NCBI GenBank assembly: GCA_964187785.1
Contig: OZ076409.1
Location: 70,000,001-70,064,000, forward strand
Direction: 5' to 3'
DNA from: Amphiscolops sp. MND2022
Lineage: Eukaryota
DNA: 64,000 nt
The translations under genes were made by a program, and so were the position numbers. How positions within the stretch are numbered: the first letter of the stretch is position 1; the number at the start of each line of letters is the position of its first letter. Under the pieces are notes generated by a model. It was not told the DNA's origin. It searched no databases and saw only the letters and a list, made by a program, of their open reading frames with translations. This document shows positions 46,001 to 57,424 of the stretch, in pieces.

Positions 46001-48252
46001 TATAGTCACATTCTCTGGGAAACAACACTACCTACACTAGTACTGACAGACAACAGATCAGTAACGAGATTTTTCCAGACGAAAACAACGCCACCCGCTC
46101 TCTGGAATGCCTGCGACTATGTACTCCAGTTCAAATTCCGCATCATGCACGTAGCTGGCTCGCAAAATACAGCAGCCGACTTCCTGTCTCGCCTCGAATT
46201 AACTCCAAAAGAGAGAATCCAAATCAAATTGCGAGACGACATCATAACGGCACCTATCGAGGTTAACCTACAGTCTACAGATGTTGCAGACGAAGAACAA
46301 CTCTTTTTCCTGCCAAACGAAGAAGAGGAATCAGAACAAGAAATTTTCGCCAGGAAAGCCCTTAGCAAACAACGAGCAATAGACGAAAAGGAACAACAAA
46401 ACTTAACAACGGAAGTCACAGAAACAGTGCACATACCTCTCAACTCAGCAGTATACGCCTTTGGAGCCATCAAGGAAAACGCCCGCATCCGCAACGAACA
46501 GGACTCGGACCCGATATTGAAAGCATTGAAACTACGGCTGCTTCACGAAGAGTACGACAAACACCTTCTCAAGACCGAATCCAGAGGACGAAACCTACTA
46601 CGTCACGAAGAAAGAATAATAGTCAAAGACGGAGTACTCATGCGTAAATACTACGGAGAAGATGGCACAGTAACACATCACCAAATCCTCATACCGAAAC
46701 ACATAGTACCAGAACTCCTATCGACGCTACATGGAAAAATGAACAAACACCCAGGAATAACCAAAATGATTCAGGAAAGCCGAGCAAAGTACTACTATCC
46801 GGGACTAGCGCGGACAATTAGAGCCTGGGTAATCAACTGCCCAGATTGCATAGCCAACAAACGAATCGACACGCGCCAAATACGTCCTAAAATGCTGAGT
46901 AATACAGAATTCACATTCGGACCAGAAGATTGTCTAGAAGTCGATATTCTACCCAATCTACCCTCATCAAATGGCTACAAACACATCATAACCATGATGG
47001 ACGTTTTCTCCCGTTATTTGTTCGCATACCCCACTCAAGACATGACTGCCAGAACAGTCGGACGATGCATAATTGACGTTATGACACGTCACTGTTATCT
47101 GCCTACAGTGATTCTGACTGATAAAGGATCACAATTCCGATCAGATGTCGTGAACCAAATAGCACAAACACTAGACATACGGATTAGCCACGCATCGACG
47201 AAACATGCACAAACGATTGGAATACTCGAGAGAACGCATGCATCCCTAAAGACTTCCCTCAAAATATCAACGGGAGAACGCCGTTCGATGTGGCACAAAT
47301 ACGTACAAATCGCAGTAATGAACTACAACACTAGTTACCACGAAAGCCTAGGATAAAACCAACAACCGTATTTCACGGACGCATTCCGTACAACATTCTG
47401 GATATCAAGCTGGGACTCAAGCCAGAATGGAAAAAAGACGCTAACGAAGACCTTACGGACGAATTACAAAAGCAAATCGCTGAAATCCACCAGTCAGCCA
47501 AGGACAACCTCATGCAATCATATTTGAAGTATAAGCGATATCATGATAAAAAAGCGACAGCAACGCCATTGAAAATCAATGACTATTGCTACGTCCTGAA
47601 CCCGAAGGCTGTTAACCAGTCAATGAAATTCGCTTTCAAAGATTGCATTTGGACAGGACCATATATAGTGGTCAAAGTCCTTTCCAATAACAATTACGTC
47701 GTAAGACGGACGGGAACAAGATATACGCAAACCCTCCATAGAATTCGCCTAAGGCTATACGCGCCCAATCAACGAGTACCTGACGTAACAGTCAAAGTGG
47801 AAGATCAACTTCCAGATCCCGAGGTTAAAACAACCCATGATGATTGGTACGCGCAAGATTGGGAAACCGAATTCGGAGAAGTTCTGTTCGGCAACTCATC
47901 GGAAAGAGAAAATGAAGAAGCTAACATCACAGAGCTGCCAGCGGAAGACGCAAATACAACGGAGCAAGAAACAGTTATAACAACTGCAGACGAAACTTCA
48001 ATAGCAGAACAAATTCCACCCGGAAATGAAACGTCGCTCAACCTAGATGTCAGCGATAACCCTTTCATAATGACCCCACCGCCTACGGAAAGCCCTCCCA
48101 TACCGCCTACACTCCCGCCTATAGTTGTCGGATACAACCCGAGAAAAGCAGGAAGATACAACTTACGTCCTAACCCTAAACCTAATGCACATCCCGATTT
48201 CCGGATGCTTGATGCAGTCACAACAGAAGAAATACCTCAAACTCAATATTGA
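43043..48252 (+). pseudogene. pol: pol (protease, RT, RNase H, integrase with GPY/F motif), disrupted
   Basis: LVDSGA, QYVDD, MTDAS, HHCC zinc finger, ILTDKGSQF, WTGPY. In-frame stops at 44741-44743 (TAG) and 45173-45175 (TGA), plus a stop and 1-nt frameshift at ~47354-47358. Confidence 0.93.
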
Positions 48253-48425
48253 ATGAAAACACTCAACGGGCTGAACCGAACCGGAGTAGCTACGTTAAAT
48301 TTTTGCATCAGATCTCTAAAACTACGTAAAACAAAAGAAAGCTACGCATTAGCCAAAGATACAACAGCAGATAAAACAATATACAAAGGAAACTATCCAT
48401 CGATGAAATAGCATCACAGTTTACA

Positions 48426-51400
48426 TCACTTATAAGAAGGCTTTTTCAATTTATGGACTACGTCCGGATCTTTATCATCCTTCTTGCTCCCTTTCTTCGG
48501 CTTCTTCACTCCTCTGGCACCACCCTTCTGCGGTACTACAGACACTTCACGTGTCGGCTTAGGTCTCTTCGCATCAGAAGTGGTCGCAGCACTCTTTCCA
48601 ATAGATAAACCACAAGAAAGCTTAGATGACCCCGAACGCCCACTCCCAGCATCACTACCAGCAGTTCTAGTACATTGGTCCATACGAGCCAGCCGGTTGG
48701 TCTTATTACAATCAACATAATGCGCCTCGTACTCTTTCCGGCGCTGCAACAACAATTTGTGACACGACTCATTGTGGGAAGAAACAAACGAGTCATACGT
48801 TGGGCCCACGAAATCCTTCCACAAATTGATCTCACCACACACAAAGAAAACCCCAGCTTCATCTACAGCGGCTCGAACTGCATCCATAGTCTGACCGGTG
48901 AAGAAACGTTGATGACAGTAACCAGGACTTAACACATATGACTGCACCAACTTGATACAATTCTGCAACGCGTCCTCACGCAGTGAACTACCACTGAGGC
49001 TGATAGATACAGATGGATAAACCACATCCAGGGTCTCGATCGTCAAACAACAGAGCTTAAAGATACGCATCAAACGCTCTCGAGACTGAAAACTAAAATC
49101 GCCCAACAAATACTCCACTATATCTTTGACACTGCTAGCAGACTGCCCGGAACTACGGTGCTGACCCCGCCTCTCAATCACAGAACTGCTAAACTCGTCC
49201 ACAGCACAGCGGGACTCCTCAGCAGTTATCAAATTACACGTCTTCAATAAACGGCACAAATCTGCAAACAAGGCAAATACACCATGGTCGTCGCCTTCGA
49301 ACAAGATCTCAGGGCAGAAACTGTATAGACAACGTGACACTCCCGATGTCACACTCACACTACCAACAATCACGACGATCAACCTGTCCAGAAACTGTCG
49401 ACATCGTGAACGAAACTCTGGCAGCTCTCCGGTCGTTCTAACCATCAAAGTTTTTCCGAAGTCATCATTTGCCAAGAAAGCGTCTGGAGCCACTACGGGA
49501 AAAGATGAAATCGCCTCACCCGACATATATTTTTCCCACTCGTGAATGCCCGGAAGAGTTCCAACAGCGCGAGTCTTCAGCAAAAGGCAATACACGAAAT
49601 TACAGAGCTCTCCGTATGAATGAAAACTGTAATCTCTACGGCTCTGTCGCAACTTCGTGAAATTGTTATAGACTAAAACACAAATGACACTAACCAACTG
49701 CTACGACTCCAAGACATACTCACAATTCAACGAAAACGCAAAGGCTACAAGAACAATCCATCAGGTGAATCTTCAGTCAACACAAGCACAATCAATCATC
49801 ACGAATATCAAACGGAACTCAACAGCCCTTACTCACATGTATCAAGTATCAGACGTGAAAGCCCGAGACGATGAAAAAACATCTCATCAGCAATGATGTT
49901 CCAATCAGTGCCTCTCAGCTAAAAACAACAAAATCACCGCCATCAAAATAACGAAACACACAATACCAAGAGAATTTATGAATATCCAGCTTACTTTATC
50001 AGCAGTATCTTTAGCATGAGGAAGCCCGGTACAACGAATATACGGCTTTATCGATGACCACAGCTCGATCAACTCGCACACTAAATCGCGAAGATCTTCA
50101 AAAGCCACAACTCCTTTGCTGATACACCGGCGCAAGACAACCTTATCCTCCGTCCACTCCTCGTACATGGCACTCTTCATCCGAACCACAATGTATTCAA
50201 CCAATGTGACCAACTCCACCATCCCGAACACATCCTGATGCGCTTGGCGAAAGCACTGGAGAAAGACATCGCTGCTGAAAGTGGACACAACCACAAATTG
50301 GCGATTATCGGCCCGGCTTTCACACAGCTCTCGGAATAACAACGGACTACAACCACGGATCGAAATTGGCAGAGGCCCATCAGTCAAACTACACAGGACC
50401 CGAGCAAGAGGAACCAACTCAGCATCAGGGAATTTCTGGTCCAACGGCTGTTGATCCACGCAGATCCTTTTGAAATTCTCATCCTCCCAGTAGACTACGT
50501 AGCAACACTCGAGATCATCGCGCTTTACAAACTCCACACTGTATTCACGTGACAAAGACACATTGCCCAGAACGGCACGCAATACCCGCGGAGCGAGACC
50601 CTGACAAAGGAGGGCCTAAAACACATACCAAATAAGCCAATTTGCTGATACAAACACTAAAGCAGTCAGTCATACAATCAGAGGAAAGATAAAAATACAA
50701 AACGAAACAACCATATACCAGAATATATATGGTATACCATATACCATATACCAACCAAAATACAGTCTACGAAACAACCATAAACCAGACTAACCACAGT
50801 CTCAGAGCGGCTCCAATTCATCGAGAATTGGGGCTCCCGGAAGCCCAACGAAGACGTGAAGTGGCCCCAGAGATGTCGCAACAAGACAAAGTCGCCACCC
50901 CTGCCAACCAGTTCACAAACACTTGACACTAGGGTCATCAAAGGCACTTTTGAGTTTGGATGTGAATGCTTCAACAAATCCTCAGGGAAAGGAAATTCCA
51001 CACCAAGATCTTCAAAAGGCCACGCACGATAGTCAGCCAACTGTGTCTCGGTGAGAATCATTGGCTCCAGAATCTTGTTATACACAGGCAGATCCATATG
51101 TACCCTGTACGTAACATCACGCCGCCAATGTCCAACTGACCCGAAATGACGGATGATCTCGGACACCCCGTGAGCACGTATGGCAACGTCTCGCTTGCAC
51201 ATCCGACAGAAGAAGTACTCATCTGACCCACTTTTGGCACCAGTCACGAAGTCATTGAATGTAGGATGTTCGCCAAGCATCCGTCGACTCAGAAGATTCC
51301 GCTTACTGTACTTGCGCTTCTTAGGACTCAACTTTGCGGACAGATCCCGAAATCCTATAACAACACCATGAAAAATATCAAGTAAAGGCCACCACCATAG

Positions 51401-52396
51401 AGATAACTAATACTACACAACGCCCACCATACAATAAGAAGAACTTACCACTTTGGATAGCCTCAGAAGTGCGTGTTTCCACCTCGTTCACTAACTGGCG
51501 ACCCAATGCTACCCAATCCTGCGGCCCAAACGTAAAACCTCCGGTGTCATCTTGACCTATCAATACACAATCATAAACAATAAGAGAAAAAAAACACCTC
51601 TCCCCCATTACACAAATACAAAGGCCAACTAACTCAACCACTCCTTCAGATCCGCAGCCAGTTCAACGCCAAAAGAACTCTCCTCCACTCTCTTGGCACA
51701 CGTAGGACTGACTCCAAAGCTAACGGACATACCCCGTGATACACCAGCCTTCCCTGCAAACGACACCCAAAGCGTAAAAACCACCCACCACAAAACAAAC
51801 ACCAAGAAAATTATATCAACCATGTTAACCTTTCTTCCTGGCGGGGGTAACAGTCCCACCTCCATGGGACTCAATACTGGAATCATCCCCATCCGAATCA
51901 TCGTCGGAGTCTCCAGCATCTACTGTAGGCACACTTTTGGACCCACTAGCCTCACCCTCAGGAGGGAGAACATTTACTGCCGGAGAAGATGCAAGTTCAG
52001 CCTGTCCGAGAGTAGACGTTAATATGTCGTTGATAACAGCATTGGGAATAACAGGCAAGATAGAGGAAACTGCGGGCAACAATGATCCAGAACAAGACGT
52101 CACTACTGCGGTAGTTGCAGAAGCAGCAACAACAGACGTTGTATCAGGTTGAGCTACTGAAAATCAGAATCTGGATTCAGACGCGTCAGAGTTACGGGTA
52201 GGACTATAAAGGCTGATCACCAAAATAACAAGTCCCAATACCCATGGAAATCAGAAAGATTTTACCAACCTGAAGTAGCCCGAACAAACTCTATGTCAGA
52301 CACGCCCAATTCGCACTCAGAATGTCCATAAACCGTTTCGTTCCCACTGATGAAACCACCAGGTGGAATGGGGGGACGCACACTTTCTTCATCCAT
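48426..52396 (-). CDS. Antisense 8-exon accessory gene inside the Gypsy element; 1063-aa hAT-transposase-like protein with zinc finger, predicted catalytically inactive
   Basis: Minus-strand exons 52396-52270, 52156-51830, 51753-51634, 51556-51449, 51354-50795, 50615-49995, 49918-49837, 49672-48426 total 3192 nt. All seven introns are GT-AG (76-179 nt) and phase-compatible, joining separate track ORFs into one stop-free frame. Contains SPKKRK NLS and a CRMC...H-x5-H finger. Confidence 0.8.
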
Positions 52397-52857
52397 GATT
52401 CAACGGCAATCTAAAAATAAAAAGAAACGATCAGGAAAGAGAAGATTACGCGAGGTGAACGCAAACCCCCTAAAGGAACGAAACGTCCCCAAAATCCTAC
52501 GGGCGAATCAAAACCTACAAGGAGATCCTCAAAAGACTTAAAGAAAAATCATTTGGAAATTACGAAGTATAAACGTAGTTCCCCTAAAGAAGCATCAATG
52601 ACGTCATACGGACAATCTACGGAAAAGAATTGGTGACGCCATGATGAAGTTCAAAATTAGAAACTTTATTTATATCGGTTCAGCCAATCACAGCGCAGAT
52701 GGAAACGAAACGTTTCCGAAGAAAAACGAACCGGAATAAAAGAAAAATAACAGCCAATAGGAATGCAGGAAAATTACAAACGAAAAGAAAATTGACCTTT
52801 TCATTTGCTGCATCCCAAACGTGAAGTTAAGTTAGCTGAAATCTTCAGAATTCAAAA
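52397..52857. promoter_or_regulatory. Candidate bidirectional internal promoter
   Basis: TGACGTCA at 52599-52606, ATTGG at 52629-52633, CAGCCAAT at 52681-52688 and 52751-52758, lying between divergent start codons 52396(-) and 52858(+). Confidence 0.5.
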
Positions 52858-53586
52858 ATGAGCAATTACGAACTCGTAATTGATATCTCTTCTGATGAAG
52901 AAGAAAACGAAGTCAGGCAAAGCACACCCATCAAAACCCTTCCACTAAATGGGATCACAGTTCTGAACCTCTCCGAAGCCTCCTTAGAAGCTACAAAAGG
53001 CAGCGCAGAAGAGATGATGGACTCTATCAATAGTCTAAATTTATCCGGCATCTCAGCGTCTACGTTTGAGACTATCGGTTCACCAAGAAAAATAAACTTC
53101 GGCACTACAAGCCCTGGAGAAGCTTTCATAGTGGAAGGGCATAGTACTGAAACGTCTGAAGAAAGCTACTTTGAAGAGCCGGATACTCCCCGTCAACTAC
53201 CGCCGCTGCAGCCCGCCCCAGTGTTACGAGACGTGTCTAATAAAGAGCTTCAGTACAACGGACCGCCTGCAAAAGCCGACAAACTCGACGACTTGATGGA
53301 GTCAGCAGTAGAAGAAATCGAAAACGCATACGGCATAGATCTACAAAGCAGACTAGAATACAGCCCGTTGTGCGGACGTGGGACGAGATTCACCTCAGCC
53401 AGGCTGGTAAGGACGCGTAAGCAACCCGTGCTCATCACGAGAGAGATTCCTAATTGCCCCAGACCGTGGGAAACAGGCTATAGAGGCGCCCTGTCACGAC
53501 CCGCACCCGGTCGGGATTTCACCTGCTGTGGGGGAATACCCAAATTCGCTAGAGGGAGAGGTCACGGAAGACCAGCGGGACACTAA
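52858..53586 (+). CDS. Accessory ORF of unknown function, 242 aa, acidic and Ser/Thr-rich, running 95 nt into the 3' LTR
   Basis: Intact ORF with AAAAATGA start context and N-terminal LVIDISSDEEE. No signal peptide or TM helix apparent. Confidence 0.65.
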   Translation: MSNYELVIDISSDEEENEVRQSTPIKTLPLNGITVLNLSEASLEATKGSAEEMMDSINSLNLSGISASTFETIGSPRKINFGTTSPGEAFIVEGHSTETSEESYFEEPDTPRQLPPLQPAPVLRDVSNKELQYNGPPAKADKLDDLMESAVEEIENAYGIDLQSRLEYSPLCGRGTRFTSARLVRTRKQPVLITREIPNCPRPWETGYRGALSRPAPGRDFTCCGGIPKFARGRGHGRPAGH

Positions 53587-55641
53587 AGTAACAAACACTT
53601 TTAAATCTTACTTTTATCTAAACCGCAGCACGAGTTAAGTTAAGCGGAAATGTAACGTAAAATATCCAAAAATGTTTTCTGACAAATAGAATTTCCGGTC
53701 CAATGTTTTCACATGCAACAGTTTAATTTACTTCCGGTTTAACTGTTGAAAATTCCATGACAATCTAAATACTAAAGATGAAAACATTCTTAACATTGGG
53801 ATCAATTTTTCTCCTTTCCACACTAAAAAGAAAACATTAAAACATTATCCAATTCCGTGATCCCAACGGAACGCATACAATCTAAAATGAAAAGAACATA
53901 AAAACAGTTAAGAAGATTTGTTTTCAGAGTTTGAAGTAGTTGTAAAAAGTCACTCAAAATACAGTCAAGTAATTTGAATAAACCTTTACAACGTTATGAC
54001 AGCGTCACTCAAATATCTAAGTTGCTGGTATTTCTAACTTACGGACCAATAGCGTTGTAGCTAATACCAGCAAATTTGCGCTCAAGCTAGTTAGAACCAT
54101 TCCTAATGACGTCATTAAGAATGAATTTAAAGATGGCGAATTACTCCGAGCTTGCTCCGCTAACAGCTAAGAAAGCTATACTCAATCTTAATATGTACAA
54201 AGTGCTTACGGAACAAATTGTAAGCCGAGAAAATTATAGCCAATCTTAATACGTAGGGAGCATTTACGGAGCGTTTACGGAGTGAATTGTGATAGGTGAA
54301 GTTATACCTAATGTTAATACATGTAAGACAAGCGTGGAAAATTCTAAAACTCAGAAGCTACCCAAATACATTAGGATGTTCCTGAGGTCATGTAGAATTA
54401 TTTTGAGATATTTAGATTGTCATAAGGCTTTACTTTTTCCATCCGGATTCTCCCCGTTTAGTGATTAGAATGTTCGTGCTGTTAGTTAAGATAAAGGTAA
54501 ATCACTTAATGAAGGAGCTTTGTATTATATTTTCGCAAAAGAAGTCACCTAATTTTGCTACGTTGGTATAACGTTGCTGGATGTAATGCAATATTTTGTT
54601 ATTTTGATTATTCGCTATAAAATCGAATCATGTAAAATATTGTTAGATGTTTCTGTCATGTTGCCAGATATTCTTGTTTCTTCAATAATCAGAATTCTTG
54701 TTTATGTTTATCACTTTTTCGGCATCACTTGTTCCTTGTCAAATATCTCACTTCATTAATCCGAAATTAGTCCGAGGTATTTCCGTAGCAAATTTTGCTT
54801 GTCATCATTTTTATAGCGAGTTGAAAATTTCATCGCACGCAAACTGAATCATCGTTCACGCCAGCGTGCCTCTCGCGATGAAAATCTAACTAGACTTTTA
54901 TTTTGCCGCCTTTTCCGTGATTAAACCGGAAACGGGACGACTGAACAAAAATGATTTCAACAAGTACTCTGTAAGATTGCCGTAACTAGGAATTTTAAAT
55001 TATGAACAATTAACTGAAAGGCTGAAATGATATGAATGATTAAGCATTTTTTATGAACAAAACGGATTTTAGGGATTCCTAGGAATTTTTAGGTGAGGAA
55101 CAAATGATGCTGAGAGGGTATATATAGTTAGAAATCTCATGTAAGAATCAATCAACCCTTTTGTTTCACTGCGATCAATTTTGTTCCGTTATAATAACGA
55201 AAACTCATTCTTCGACGAATTCAAATATTTTCCGAAGACCTTGTTCTTGAACTCTGAAAATGACTACTAGAAGCCAAAAGAGAAAAGCAGCTGAAGAGCT
55301 CATTTCAACTGAAATAGAAACCCCTCTACCCGAAAATACTACGGGCGAAAATCCTATAGTAGGTACAAGCAAATCTCCTAAAGTCACTACTGACAGTTTA
55401 GAGAATATAAAATCTGTACTGAGGAAAGAAATCATGTCTGATCTTACTAAAATCTTGGCTGAAAATCAAAAAGAAATGCTAAAACTAATAGCTCCTCCTG
55501 TTAAAAAGCAGACTGTCATAGCTGCTACCGAAGAAACTGATTCTGAATCCGAAAACATCCCGGAAAATGCAACATCAACACCGATCAAAAATAAAACCAC
55601 TGCGACTAATCGTAAAATCACCCCGGTAAATAGTCGTAACA
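53492..55641 (+). repeat. 3' LTR (2150 bp)
   Basis: Matches the 5' LTR. By eye, 8 substitutions and one 5-bp indel (about 99.6% identity). Confidence 0.97.
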
Positions 55642-55889
55642 GAAAGTTGTGCAGTGCCACTTTGCTTCTTTTTTAAAGCACGCTAAGTTTACTATCACCC
55701 TGAAAATTGTTCTCAGTAACCGCAGAATTGCGTGGGTTCAATAGGTAAGTTTCAAAATGTACTGAGAAGAAATTTTTAATTATGATCTTTAATTATCATC
55801 TCATTCAGTGCTATAACATTGTTGCAATAAATTTTGTTCATTGTATAATCTATAAATTCCTTCCACAAGGTATTGGATGTGAAGTGTCT

Positions 55890-57424
55890 TCAAGGTTTCC
55901 ACGTGACGACCTTGATTGCAACATCCACTGCAGTTTGTACAGCCAGATTCCGGTCGTTTCTCATTTCTTCCAACTTGAACAAAAAACAAGTTGATAATTT
56001 AAAATTTAATTGAAAAAGCGCCCGTAGTCGTGAAACTTTCGGCAACGAGCAGTAAATGCAAAAAAAACGAACAGTTAAATATCAATTTTTACGATCATGA
56101 CGAAGTTGACTTCTTTTGAAAATTCATTTCATCAGTGAAAAACTTTTTAAAGAACTTTCTAAAAGATAATTTTCAGGGAGTGCAATTGGTACTACGTTAA
56201 GGTTGAGAAGCTTGAGAATGATTTACTATTCTTCTCCATAATTCCTATAACAAGCCGGGACCGGCCCAAGTTGGCGCCATATCCAAGGCTCAAAAATAGC
56301 AAAAGGACTTCCAAGTGTCAATTTACAGTACTCGAATATCGAAAACCCAAAAAAATTGACCGAGTGGCGCGCCTAAAAGGGGGACACTTCCGAAATTGTC
56401 AACATTTTTGTCGCAGTTGAAGGGGACCCTTCGGAGAAAAAACAAAGTTTTGAAAAAAATCTCACAAGGCCGAAAAACTGAAAGGGGGACCCTTTGGGAT
56501 TTTAAACACCCAATCTGTTGTAAAATATCAAAGAAATTGAAGGGGGAACCCTTTGGAGGAAAAACAAATTTTCGAAAAAAAGTCTCACAATGCCGAAAAA
56601 CTGAAAGACTGAAAGAGGGGACCCTTTGGGATTTTTAAACACCCAATTTGTTGTAAAATATCAAAGAAATTGTAGGGGGGACCTTTTGGAGAGAAAAAAT
56701 TTTTAGAAAAAATGTCTCACAATGCCGAAAAACTGAAAGGGGGGACCCTTTGGGGTTTTTGAACATCCATTCCGTCGCAAAACAGCAAAATAATTGAAGG
56801 GGGGACCCTTTGGGGAAAAAATTTTCCGAAAAAAAGTCTCGCAGTGCCGAAAAAATTGGAAGGGGGACCCTTTGGTCTCGCCCGGTATGGTATGTTACGC
56901 GGGAAAACAGGAAAAACCTTTTTGGTTCAGTTCGCTAGGCCAAATGGTGCAATTTGGTGCAATAATATTTTGTAGAACTTTTAAGAACTATTTTGGTCAG
57001 TTCGCGTGGATTGAAAAAAAATGAAAAAAAGAGTCACTATAATAGTCGCATTTCACTTCATAAAGCGCCGACTAAAAAGATGAGCCTCATTTATACGCTT
57101 CAAGCGCTTTGAAAGCAGAAGGAAAACAGAGCAATGTGTCAATTCTGGCCTAGTGAAAAGATCAAACAAACGAGGATTTAGATGATAATTTTCTGAATTG
57201 AACGATTTTGACTTTCATCTTTGTTTTAGATAGCAGTAGGTGAGGTCACCTTTTCGACATCCTTGGTCAGTCTTTTTCTTCCCTCGGGGGCTTCTGCGAG
57301 ACAGGTGAGGGCCTTCACGGCATTCAGTCTCACGGCATCCTTGTCATCTTTGAGGGTGAGCAACAGGGTGTCAATGGCCATGCACTCTATCGCTTGGTAT
57401 TTGCCTTTCGTCGTCACTGCAATG
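55890..57424 (-). CDS. RSPH14: Radial spoke head 14 homolog, last two coding exons (57424-57250, 55973-55890); upstream exons not found in the window
   Basis: TTKGKYQAIE...VRLNAVKALTCLAEAPEGRK and C-terminal AVDVAIKVVTWKP* resemble the RSPH14/RTDR1 ARM-repeat C-terminus. Splice phases fit; the last acceptor is AAG. Confidence 0.85.
56249..57078 (+). mobile_element. HINE/DINE-1-like family A copy with expanded ~120-bp internal repeats
   Basis: AACAAGCCGGGACCGGCCCAAGTTGGCGCC ... AAAGCGCCGACTAAAAA; in the last RSPH14 intron. Confidence 0.7.

Larger units (their letters stand above)
39861..55641 (+). mobile_element. Full-length Ty3/Gypsy LTR retrotransposon, 15,781 bp, with accessory genes
   Basis: Two near-identical LTRs TGTCACGAC...GTCGTAACA; 5-bp TSD GAAAG at 39856-39860 and 55642-55646; PBS; gag with CCHC knuckles; pol order PR-RT-RH-IN. 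Confidence 0.97.

Noticed and set aside
41579..48221. Many minus-strand and alternate-frame ORFs overlapping gag and pol (and likewise over BEL pol)
   Set aside because: These are shadow ORFs of real coding frames with no motifs or splice support.
48426..53586. env gene in the post-pol position
   Set aside because: No sense ORF with signal peptide, furin site and TM anchor. The hydrophobic tail of track ORF 49905-50582 is read-through into an intron in my model.
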